A stretch of DNA of 56,060 nucleotides from Minisyncoccota bacterium (GCA_041675085.1 JBAYUN010000005.1:1-56060); one strand, 5' to 3'; counted from the stretch's first letter, positions 16,478 through 24,875 are shown. The notes: generated by a model from the sequence alone, not told the origin. Translations and numbers: made by a program.

Positions 16478-18622
16478 TTAATTACAAGAAGTGTTGATCA
16501 ACCCTCGAGTAATAGGTCCTACTAGTCCGTCTTGTTTAGTGCCTAAATAGGCTTGCATTCTCTTAATAGCTCCATCTGTAATTGGTCCTAAAACACCGTC
16601 AACTTTACCTGAATTAAAACCTAGTCTATTCATATGAGTTTGAAGAATTTTAACTTCTTTTACAATTGCATTTGTATAAGAATGGTAAATACCATCTCTA
16701 GCACCAGCTTTCAGATTTTGAGTTAAGATTAGGTTGGATTGACATTGCTGCTGATTGAATATTGGCAAGGTTGGAGTAATTGGAATTTGTGGAACTTCTA
16801 TTTCTGTGGGTTGTGCAACGGGTGCAGGTACTTGAACTGGATTTGGTGTATTAGCATTTTGTACACTTGCACCTCCACCACTATGCACAACAAGACTGAA
16901 AGGTGTTACAGACAAAATATTACTTATATTATCCTCTGAATCTGTGAGAGTAATAGTACAATTTGAATAATATCCTGGAGTTAGATTATTAAAATTTATT
17001 GTATTATTTCCTACTGTTGCTAGAGTAGTAGTACTACTACAAGCACCTCCATAAGTAATATCACCTATGCTATTGGAATTAAATGTATACGATGGAGCAT
17101 TATTATTTACGACTACACCTATTGGCGTAACTTCATATATTACCGGAGCACTTAGTGCCTTTTCTAATTTTAGTAAAAACACAGACCCATTATTAGTATC
17201 TTCTCCTGATATATAACCATCACCCTCTGCATCAAAATCTACAAGTCCATAAAACTCACCGGCAACATAAACATTACCTTCAGAGTCCAAAGAGATAGAT
17301 TTACCTAAATCAGAATAATCTCCACCTAATCCTTTTACCCACACAAAATCTCCATCTACGTCAAGTTTTAGGATAAAAACATCTGCATCGGTATTTGAAG
17401 CCAGACTAGATACACCTACCCCAGGATCGAAATCCACAATTACAGCATCATATGTCTCAAAATAACCAGTAATATAGAGTCCATCAGAACCAGCCACAAG
17501 ATAATGACCAGCCTCATCATAATCAGCTCCAATATGCTTTACCCAGGCAAAATCTCCGTCTGCGTCAAGTTTTAGAATAAAAATATCATCTCCTCCATTT
17601 GAAGTCAGATTTGATACACCTACCCCAGGATCGAAATCTGCAGTACTGGTAAATGAGCCTGTTACGTAGGTATTTTGATTTTCATCTACAGTAATAGAAT
17701 TAGACTGATCTGTGTCAGTTCCTCCTACACGACGCGCCCAGGCAAAATCTCCGTCTGCGTCAAGTTTTAGAATAAAAATATCATCTCCTCCATTTGAAGT
17801 CAGATTTGATACACCTACCCCAGGATCGAAATCTCTAGTACTCGCAAATGTCCCTGTGATATAGGAGCTCTCTAAGCTATCAACATTAATAGAAAAAGCA
17901 GTAAGGCTAGGTAAACTACGACCCCAAATAAAAGCTCCGTCTGCATCAAGTTTTAATATAAAAAGTGAAGATTTTGCAATTGAATCCAAATTTGTTACAC
18001 CAACACCAGGATCAAAGTCAACAGTATCATAAAACTCTCCTACAATATGAATATTGTCATTAGAATCTACAACAAGAGACTGTCCATAATCTGCTTCATC
18101 TGGAGACCCGAAACTATGTGCCCAAACAAAATCTCCGTCTGCATTAAGTTTTAGAATAAATATATCTGTATTACCTTCTGAAGTAAGGTTCGCAACACCT
18201 ACTCCAGGATCGAAATCCACAGTATCAGTAAAACCTCCAGTTAAGTAAGGATTACCAGAAGAATCTAGAGACATTGAGTATGGTATCGAGCCATTTCCAG
18301 CAATTGTTTTTACCCACACAAAATCTCCATCTGCATCAAGTTTTAAGATAAAGATATCTCCAAGACCAGTACTCGTTAGCTCTACAGCGCCCACTCCAGT
18401 ATCAAAAATCACCGCACCGCTAAAAGTACCAGCTAAGTATGAATTTTTAGAATCATCTACTTTACTTGAATATAAGTTTATAGCACTATCGCTATTCACA
18501 TATTGAGCCCAAACAAAATCTCCGTCTGCCGCTTGTGCTTTATTAAAACTAAAAAAAGAAAATAATAAAAGCACAATTAAAAAACTAAAAAGAAATCTTG
18601 GTTTTATTACGAAATTAATCAT
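16478..18622 (-). CDS. secreted beta-propeller repeat (SBBP-like) protein with an Ig-like module and a C-terminal peptidoglycan-binding domain
   Basis: Signal peptide. About 10 repeats of FDPGVGV.NLTS.G..DIFILKLDADGDF.W. C-terminus VKILQTHMNRLGF..GKVDGVLGPIT is PG-binding-like. Confidence 0.65.
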   Translation of the reverse strand: MINFVIKPRFLFSFLIVLLLFSFFSFNKAQAADGDFVWAQYVNSDSAINLYSSKVDDSKNSYLAGTFSGAVIFDTGVGAVELTSTGLGDIFILKLDADGDFVWVKTIAGNGSIPYSMSLDSSGNPYLTGGFTDTVDFDPGVGVANLTSEGNTDIFILKLNADGDFVWAHSFGSPDEADYGQSLVVDSNDNIHIVGEFYDTVDFDPGVGVTNLDSIAKSSLFILKLDADGAFIWGRSLPSLTAFSINVDSLESSYITGTFASTRDFDPGVGVSNLTSNGGDDIFILKLDADGDFAWARRVGGTDTDQSNSITVDENQNTYVTGSFTSTADFDPGVGVSNLTSNGGDDIFILKLDADGDFAWVKHIGADYDEAGHYLVAGSDGLYITGYFETYDAVIVDFDPGVGVSSLASNTDADVFILKLDVDGDFVWVKGLGGDYSDLGKSISLDSEGNVYVAGEFYGLVDFDAEGDGYISGEDTNNGSVFLLKLEKALSAPVIYEVTPIGVVVNNNAPSYTFNSNSIGDITYGGACSSTTTLATVGNNTINFNNLTPGYYSNCTITLTDSEDNISNILSVTPFSLVVHSGGGASVQNANTPNPVQVPAPVAQPTEIEVPQIPITPTLPIFNQQQCQSNLILTQNLKAGARDGIYHSYTNAIVKEVKILQTHMNRLGFNSGKVDGVLGPITDGAIKRMQAYLGTKQDGLVGPITRGLINTSCN
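17542..17834 (-). repeat. 98-nt perfect intragenic direct repeat (17542-17639 and 17737-17834), period 195 nt
   Basis: The two stretches are identical by eye and encode two identical propeller repeat cores. Confidence 0.8.
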
Positions 18623-18658
18623 AACAATATTATAGCAAAAAAAATCAATTATAAGAAA

Positions 18659-19786
18659 TTATTGATACTGAATATAACTCGGTTGAGGGCTAAGTTTTAA
18701 GAGCTCAGAGGGTTCAAAGATGGTCGTACCAGGTTGCTTGATATCATTTTTATAAAATATTTTGAAACCAGAAAATTGCACCGGTTCAGGGTAAATATAA
18801 AGTTTATGAGTACTTATTTTGTGTTGCTTTCCTCCCCAACCGTCCATATGTATAACGACTTGTGTCTCTGGAGTTGGTTTAATCTTTTGGGAATTTGTTA
18901 GCATATTTCTAGTGTATCTATGTACCACTAAAACTTTAGGCGGTAAATTAAATTCCCTCACTATTTCAGATAAATAATTAATCGCAAAATTCACGTCTGT
19001 CTCTCCGTCCATTGTCCCAACAACCTTGCCGGGCTTGGCTCCCGTCTTCATGGAGAATTCTGGGTCTATACCTAAATGAACATTTGGTAATTCTAAATAT
19101 TTTCTCAAGTATGGTAATTCAGTTTGTATATCAGAGAGAGCTACCTGAATATCCAAGAAAACAATCGCATCGATTTTCTCTGCCATTTTTAAAACTTTAT
19201 CTATCTCCGCATAAGGCATTCTCGCGCGGTATTTACCGTCACGCCCAGCGTCCATCTGAGCTACAGTAGTAATATAATGAAGAGCTGGAATTACAGGAGT
19301 ACTCGGGTCAGCTAGCTCCCATTTCTTTACTTCAGCATCCAACTTCGCAAGCATCACAGATTCTTCATATTCACCCAAAACACCCATCTTCTTAGAGTAT
19401 AAATTGCCATAATAAGACACAATACGGTTGAAAGGTAGTATCGCTCCAGGGTTAGGATATACAGTCTTTTTAGGCCAGAGGGTAGGCTTGGGAGTCGGAG
19501 AAGGGATTAGCTCACCTGTCTTTGGATCGTATTTAGGTTCGGGTACAGGCAACACGGGATTATTAGCAAGAGCAAGAATTTTTGCATTATAAGCGTCGAT
19601 ATCTAACGGAGGTAATTCTACTTTCTTTTCTTCTCCCAAAACTTTTTCACCATTTTCTTTATTTTCTATTTTTTCTCCATTTTTATAAGAAATATTGCCT
19701 ACAGTCTTCGGCGCAAAAAATACCAAGAAAACACCGACGCAAACTAAAACAATAATAATCCAGATATAAACATTTTTATTTTTCAT
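18659..19786 (-). CDS. membrane-anchored extracytoplasmic protein, function unknown
   Basis: N-terminal TM helix over 375 aa. The ATG lies 7 nt after TGGTATAAT. Confidence 0.5.
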   Translation of the reverse strand: MKNKNVYIWIIIVLVCVGVFLVFFAPKTVGNISYKNGEKIENKENGEKVLGEEKKVELPPLDIDAYNAKILALANNPVLPVPEPKYDPKTGELIPSPTPKPTLWPKKTVYPNPGAILPFNRIVSYYGNLYSKKMGVLGEYEESVMLAKLDAEVKKWELADPSTPVIPALHYITTVAQMDAGRDGKYRARMPYAEIDKVLKMAEKIDAIVFLDIQVALSDIQTELPYLRKYLELPNVHLGIDPEFSMKTGAKPGKVVGTMDGETDVNFAINYLSEIVREFNLPPKVLVVHRYTRNMLTNSQKIKPTPETQVVIHMDGWGGKQHKISTHKLYIYPEPVQFSGFKIFYKNDIKQPGTTIFEPSELLKLSPQPSYIQYQ

Positions 19787-19824
19787 TACCCTGATTATAC
19801 CATTTTTAACTTAAAAAGATTTAT

Positions 19825-22050
19825 TTAAATATTATTTAAAAGCATTTCATTTATCTTGGCACGAGTTTTTTCATACACCCAACCAGTCCCCTTTGTGGTC
19901 CCAAGATAAGATAAAACTTGATCTTGATATTTTTCTTGAAAACGAACTACAGCATTATGAGTCAAAGGTCCAAAATATCCAGTAATTCTTTTCTCTGGAT
20001 ATATATCTCCACCTTGATTTGCTAGAAATTCTTGCAGGCGACGCACATCTGATATACGACTACCTTGTTTCATATTTATTAAAAATAAAGGTATAGAGTT
20101 TTCAGACTTTGTTTCTGAAATTATATTATTTGGAGTAGGTATTTCTTTTACAGTATTAGTATTTAGGACAATATTATTTACAGTATTATTTTTTGCATTT
20201 AAATTATTACTTATCATTTGCAGAAAAGCTACAGATACAGATCCTGGAGAAGAGATACTGAAAGGTCCTATTTGCAAGTTATTGGATACATTCCCTGCTA
20301 AATCAGTCAGGTAAAAAACACAAGAATAAGTTTTGTTATTTTGTAGGTTGTATAGATTCACCGATACACCAGTATTCACTGTAGTAGAAGACCCATGACC
20401 ACAACTCTCTATAGTATATTCTCCTGTTTCGCTGGCAGTAAAAGAATAAGTGGCAGAAGTAACATTAACTAGATTGTTTTGGACTTGAGCAGATTGTACC
20501 AAAACTGGAGCTGTTGTATCTATCACAATATTTTTAAGAGAAGCCAATCCTGATACAGGAGAGAAATCTACCATAAGATTAGTAGCTTGGTCTCTAATCA
20601 CTCCAGAAATAGTTGCACTCAAATCTTCACTATTATCTCCTGCTTGCACAGTATAGTTACAAGTCCCGGTAGTACTATTTGTAATAGCAAATGTACAAGT
20701 CCTATCTACATCCCCTGTCTCCAAAGTCACCGTAACGTTCCCAGTACTAGTCACAGCTTCTGAGAAAGTAACATCAATATCTATTACTTCACCTTCTTTA
20801 TAAGAATTATTATCTACAGAAGAAGACACGCTAGATACGACAGGAGGAGTAAAATCGCCAGTAGTAAAATTCCAAGTAGTAATACCAGAAATCCCTGCAT
20901 AATATACATCTGAAATATTCTTAAAAGCAGTATTACCTATCAATATATAATAAGAAGTACTTTCTTCTAGATCATCTGTCGGATTTACTACTATAGTATT
21001 CGTACCACTACCTGAAACATTAGGGCCAGTAACATCTATCGCCTCAACAGTAGAATCATCTATAGTTTTCTTAATAGTAATGTTTCCAGAATCTACAAAT
21101 ACAGAAGAACTAAAAACTAAAGTTAGATTTGTATCCACAGTTCTATTTGTCGCATTGTCTGTTGGGGTTAAAGTTGAAACAACTGGAGCGTTTAGAGTAG
21201 TGATAGAGATATTTTTTGAAGTAACAGAAGGCATATTCCCCGAAGATCCAAACTCAACAACATAACCAGGCAGAGTAAAGCCACTACAAGGCAAATCGTT
21301 CCATTTACCTGAACTTCCAGCTAAAAACTGTCCGCAGTCTTCATTGCCAGAATTGTTAGGTTCACCTGTTCCCCAATTGGCATAAGTTTGCACTGTACCA
21401 TTTGATAGTCCTTGCCAGAAATATGTACCTGTTTCTGGTCCTGTCGCCCAGATCCATCGGTCTTCTTGTGCAGAATCACTAGCTCCCATCCATCCTGCAT
21501 TCAAAAGCCTAGCAGCAACGAAATCATTTTCATTTTGTGAAGTAATAGTTGTCAGATATCCAGTAGCGCCATATCTAGTCAAAAGAGCAGCTTGATCTCG
21601 TGCCTGTTCCCAAGTTGTAAGACTAGAAATATATTCATACAAATGCCCATTGTCTGCAAAAAATACTTCACCTGGATTAACTAGTGAGACTTCAAGAGTA
21701 TCGCTCCCTGCACTACCTCGAGTATAAGTCAGAGTCGCTAAAGCATTATTCACATTCGCTAAAGTTCCAGTAAAATACAGAGTGCTTCCCGTAGAAGGCC
21801 CGGTAAAAGTTAGTCCCGTAGTTGTCGACATAGCCAAAGTCCCACTTGAGACAAATAATTTTACAGGCACATTAGACCCGTCCCCGTCAGTCACTTGTAA
21901 ATCCGTAATAGGCATAGCTACACCTACACCACCAGTAAAACTATTACTACCAGCGAGATTCCAACCAGCTGCATTCGCAGAATTAGAACTACTTAAAATT
22001 AGTGAAAAAATAAAAGTTAAAGATAATGCAAATTTAAAAAATGTTTTCAT
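19825..22050 (-). CDS. secreted surface protein: C-type lectin-like domain, Ig-like modules and a C-terminal peptidoglycan-binding domain
   Basis: Signal peptide. CTLD block WMGASD...RWIWATGPE...ANWGTGEPNNSGNEDCGQF...GKWNDLPC. C-terminus VRRLQEFLANQG...GYFGPLTHNAVVRFQEKY. Confidence 0.7.
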   Translation of the reverse strand: MKTFFKFALSLTFIFSLILSSSNSANAAGWNLAGSNSFTGGVGVAMPITDLQVTDGDGSNVPVKLFVSSGTLAMSTTTGLTFTGPSTGSTLYFTGTLANVNNALATLTYTRGSAGSDTLEVSLVNPGEVFFADNGHLYEYISSLTTWEQARDQAALLTRYGATGYLTTITSQNENDFVAARLLNAGWMGASDSAQEDRWIWATGPETGTYFWQGLSNGTVQTYANWGTGEPNNSGNEDCGQFLAGSSGKWNDLPCSGFTLPGYVVEFGSSGNMPSVTSKNISITTLNAPVVSTLTPTDNATNRTVDTNLTLVFSSSVFVDSGNITIKKTIDDSTVEAIDVTGPNVSGSGTNTIVVNPTDDLEESTSYYILIGNTAFKNISDVYYAGISGITTWNFTTGDFTPPVVSSVSSSVDNNSYKEGEVIDIDVTFSEAVTSTGNVTVTLETGDVDRTCTFAITNSTTGTCNYTVQAGDNSEDLSATISGVIRDQATNLMVDFSPVSGLASLKNIVIDTTAPVLVQSAQVQNNLVNVTSATYSFTASETGEYTIESCGHGSSTTVNTGVSVNLYNLQNNKTYSCVFYLTDLAGNVSNNLQIGPFSISSPGSVSVAFLQMISNNLNAKNNTVNNIVLNTNTVKEIPTPNNIISETKSENSIPLFLINMKQGSRISDVRRLQEFLANQGGDIYPEKRITGYFGPLTHNAVVRFQEKYQDQVLSYLGTTKGTGWVYEKTRAKINEMLLNNI

Positions 22051-22164
22051 TTATAAAAATAATTATAACAAAATCTATAGCCTGCGCACAAGGAATTTTG
22101 CTAATTTGATAAAAAAGTAATTTTGTACTATTGTTTAAAAGTATTTATATTTTAAATACAACCT

Positions 22165-22425
22165 TGCTAGATCGTCTAATGGTGGGAATAAAAATGAAAC
22201 TACTTTCATTTTTATCTGGTTCTTTAGAAATTACATATATTTTATATATAAAGCTGGGAGATCGTCTAATGGTAGGACAACAGTTTCTGGAACTGTTTAT
22301 CTAGGTTCGAATCCTAGTCTCCCAGCTTTGTATAGAAAATTTGTAATAAGGGCTCTCTGAGATCCTAAATTTTGGTTCGCCTGCCCGAAATGAATTTCAT
22401 TCAGGCGGGAATCCAAGTCTAGCAA
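22165..22425 (+). pseudogene. split or disrupted tRNA-Gln-like gene whose halves flank the intact tRNA-Gln
   Basis: 5' part 22165-22189 is TGCTAGA TC GTC TAATGGTGG GAA. 3' part 22350-22425 is GGGCT CTCTGAG ATCCT AAAT TTTGG TTCG[30 nt]AAT CCAAG TCTAGCA A. The acceptor strands pair perfectly over 7 bp. Confidence 0.5.
22255..22325 (+). tRNA. tRNA-Gln (anticodon CUG)
   Basis: TGGGAGA TC GTC TAATGGTAG GAC A ACAGT TTCTGGA ACTGT TTAT CTAGG TTCGAAT CCTAG TCTCCCA G. Has U1-A72 and G73 as in bacterial tRNA-Gln; no encoded CCA. Confidence 0.88.
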
Positions 22426-22430
22426 CATGA

Positions 22431-22470
22431 AAATAAAAAACACTGAAACCCATATTTATAGATTTCAGTG
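22431..22470 (-). terminator. intrinsic terminator after CDS 22479..22871
   Basis: CACTGAAA/TTTCAGTG stem; T-run on the minus strand. Confidence 0.6.
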
Positions 22471-22478
22471 TTAAGTAC

Positions 22479-22871
22479 TTAATTAAACAAAACAGATCGT
22501 TTTAATGGCTTAAATAAGCTTACATTAAAAGAAAAGCCACCATCCCACCAAAAATTACCAAAATTCATTCTCTCTTCTAGAGAGACTATTTCATTAAACC
22601 TAACAAGATAAACATCACAAAAAATATCGTAAAGATTATCGTGTATTTTTTTTAATGATTCGAAGTCACAATTCTTAGGATCTACACACAAGACTTTATT
22701 TATTAAATATCTTATCTCTAAATAAATATCAAAATCAAAATACTTACTTATACTTAAAACATATTCATTAAGTCCAATTTTAAAATCGGGCTTTTTGCCA
22801 AATTTTAATTCATACATATTTTTATATTTTAAAAGATATGTATTTGTATCAATTTCTATCTGATTTTTCAT
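22479..22871 (-). CDS. hypothetical small protein (paralog of the next gene)
   Basis: 130 aa; C-terminal FWWDGGFS resembles GWDGPPNS in the neighbour. Confidence 0.45.
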   Translation of the reverse strand: MKNQIEIDTNTYLLKYKNMYELKFGKKPDFKIGLNEYVLSISKYFDFDIYLEIRYLINKVLCVDPKNCDFESLKKIHDNLYDIFCDVYLVRFNEIVSLEERMNFGNFWWDGGFSFNVSLFKPLKRSVLFN

Positions 22872-22887
22872 TTTTTATTTTTTAAAA

Positions 22888-23238
22888 TTATGAAAAAAGA
22901 ATTGAATTAGGTGGGCCGTCCCAACCAGAAAAGTCATAACTATAACCTTCTGGTATTATTTGTTTCATTAGAGAGACCTTGATAGCTGGCATACTTTCCC
23001 TCTTGTTTTCTTCTACTTCTATAAGACTGTTTAAATTAGTCTTTATTTGAAGAAAACTATCATCAGTCTTGTCTTTAGTATAAAAAAGCATGTCTTTAAT
23101 AAAATAATAATCATAATGGCGTTCAATAACTCTAGTATAATTATCCAAATTTAGACTAAGCTCTATACCAACCGAGCGGAAATATGCTTTTGCATAAAAA
23201 TTAAAAAAGTCATAAGTTGAATTTATAACAATTGCCAT
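22888..23238 (-). CDS. hypothetical small protein (paralog of the previous gene)
   Basis: 116 aa, of similar length, composition and C-terminal W-D-G motif. Confidence 0.45.
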   Translation of the reverse strand: MAIVINSTYDFFNFYAKAYFRSVGIELSLNLDNYTRVIERHYDYYFIKDMLFYTKDKTDDSFLQIKTNLNSLIEVEENKRESMPAIKVSLMKQIIPEGYSYDFSGWDGPPNSILFS

Positions 23239-23399
23239 GTTTATATATTTTAATGTGTATCAAAAAACTAAATTTCTAGTGTATTAAACCATATTTAGCA
23301 TAGAAAAACAAATCTTAAAAATAACCCAAATATATTTACAAAATCATGCTTTAATGTTATTCTGTCTTTGGATTTATTTGTAAATTTTTAAAGATTTAA

Positions 23400-24398
23400 C
23401 TAATCACTATTCACTAAAAATTTAAAACTCGCTATCATGTTTCCAAATTCATTTTCTATTTTAGTTTTATCAAATTCTTTTATATTTTGTTCTGGGCTAT
23501 AGTTACCAATATTCGTAGAATGGATTGTATATTCTAAAGCATAACAGTCTCCGTCGAGTAATCCTCTATAACTCGTAGTCTCATAATAATTCCCTGCTCC
23601 CGCATCTGTAGAGAAGAATTTTGTAAATGGATAACCGCTAATATTTGTAGTACCTTTTAATACTTCTCCATTCAAAGGAGTAGCAGTCGTACAAGTAGAT
23701 ATTTCTTTTATATCAGTCGAAGCTCCAATACTCAAAGATGCGCTAGAGAAATTTGTATTGGGCATATAGGCTTTTGGTATGTAGATTTTAGCTAAAGTAA
23801 AACCTTTGGCTTTTGCATTTATCCTCCATTCATTTGAAAGTGTATCTTCATTCGGTTCATAGATTTTAAAAAAAGAATTGTAATTCATTATAAATTTATC
23901 ATTTTTTTCTTGGAAGGCTGTAGTACAATCTTCATCTTTTACAAAGACAACATTAGTATCATAAGAAATACTAGATAAATCTTTAAACAGAACTTTATCT
24001 CCTTCGTTTTTCACATCTCCATATCCTCTCACAAAAGTATCTCCAACTTTTTTAAATATCACCTGCATATCTGAGTCCATACCTTCAGAATTAAAAGCAT
24101 AATTACCAAATAATATTCCATCTAAGTAAGTCCCCTTGAAAGATCCAGAAGAACTATCTTTTTCATAATTATTAAAAGCGAGCCTGCCGGAGATATTCCC
24201 CTTATCTTCTTCAAGTAGAGTTATTGCATAAATATCTTTACCTAGAGTTGCGACATAGCATCCCAAAATAGAGTCCTCTACTACGACAGGAGTCGGGATA
24301 GGTCCTTCTATAACTTTGGGAGAATTAAAATAATAAATAAAAAAGCCGATCAGTATAACGATAAATAACCCTATAAAAATTCTAAAATTGTTTTGCAT
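23400..24398 (-). CDS. membrane-anchored hypothetical protein
   Basis: The ATG at 24398 (MQNNFRIFIGLFIVILIGFFIYYF) gives a TM anchor and removes the overlap with msrB. Confidence 0.5.
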   Translation of the reverse strand: MQNNFRIFIGLFIVILIGFFIYYFNSPKVIEGPIPTPVVVEDSILGCYVATLGKDIYAITLLEEDKGNISGRLAFNNYEKDSSSGSFKGTYLDGILFGNYAFNSEGMDSDMQVIFKKVGDTFVRGYGDVKNEGDKVLFKDLSSISYDTNVVFVKDEDCTTAFQEKNDKFIMNYNSFFKIYEPNEDTLSNEWRINAKAKGFTLAKIYIPKAYMPNTNFSSASLSIGASTDIKEISTCTTATPLNGEVLKGTTNISGYPFTKFFSTDAGAGNYYETTSYRGLLDGDCYALEYTIHSTNIGNYSPEQNIKEFDKTKIENEFGNMIASFKFLVNSD

Positions 24399-24450
24399 AT
24401 ATAATAATGACGAATGAACTGTTGTAATATTACAACAGAAAGAAAATAAA

Positions 24451-24837
24451 TTATTTCTTCTCCAGGTCAAGACAAATAGAATTCAAGCAATAATGTTTAC
24501 CAGTTACAGACTGAGCATCATCAAAAATATGACCCAAGTGTGACTTACATTTTGAACAAACAATTTCAGTACGATTCATTTCATAACTATCGTCAGGTAC
24601 ATATTCAATACTGCCAGGTATGGCTTCATTAAAACTTGGCCAGCCTGCAAGCCCAGGAACATCAGAGTGATATTTTGTATCAGAGGAAAATAGAGGATTC
24701 CCGCAAACTTTACAGTTATAGGTCCCTGTACTTTTCTCATGCAAATAAGAACCCGTAAAAGGAGCTTCAGTTCCCTTTTCTCTCAAAACTCGATACTCTT
24801 CTTCACTTAGTTTATTTTTTATTTCTTCTTCGTTCAT
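24451..24837 (-). CDS. msrB: peptide-methionine (R)-S-oxide reductase
   Basis: Two CxxC pairs (CKVCGNPLF, CSKCKSHLGHIF) and a SelR-type C-terminus. Confidence 0.9.
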   Translation of the reverse strand: MNEEEIKNKLSEEEYRVLREKGTEAPFTGSYLHEKSTGTYNCKVCGNPLFSSDTKYHSDVPGLAGWPSFNEAIPGSIEYVPDDSYEMNRTEIVCSKCKSHLGHIFDDAQSVTGKHYCLNSICLDLEKK

Positions 24838-24845
24838 ATTTTTTT

Positions 24846-24874
24846 ACTTGTCCTGTCGGTCGTGACTGACGGGA
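24846..24874 (+). repeat. short dispersed palindromic element, copy 1
   Basis: ACTTGTCCTGTCGGTCGTGACTGACGGGA. 24 nt are identical (inverted) to 36299-36322. The stem TCCTGTC/GACGGGA is shared with 46917-46940. Confidence 0.6.
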
Positions 24875-24875
24875 T

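Noticed and set aside
22051-24470. Integrated mobile element at the tRNA-Gln locus.
   Set aside because: There is no integrase, transposase or phage gene and no direct att-like duplication of the tRNA 3' end. Only the odd tRNA fragments and small hypothetical ORFs are present. It is reported as an observation, not called as a mobile element.
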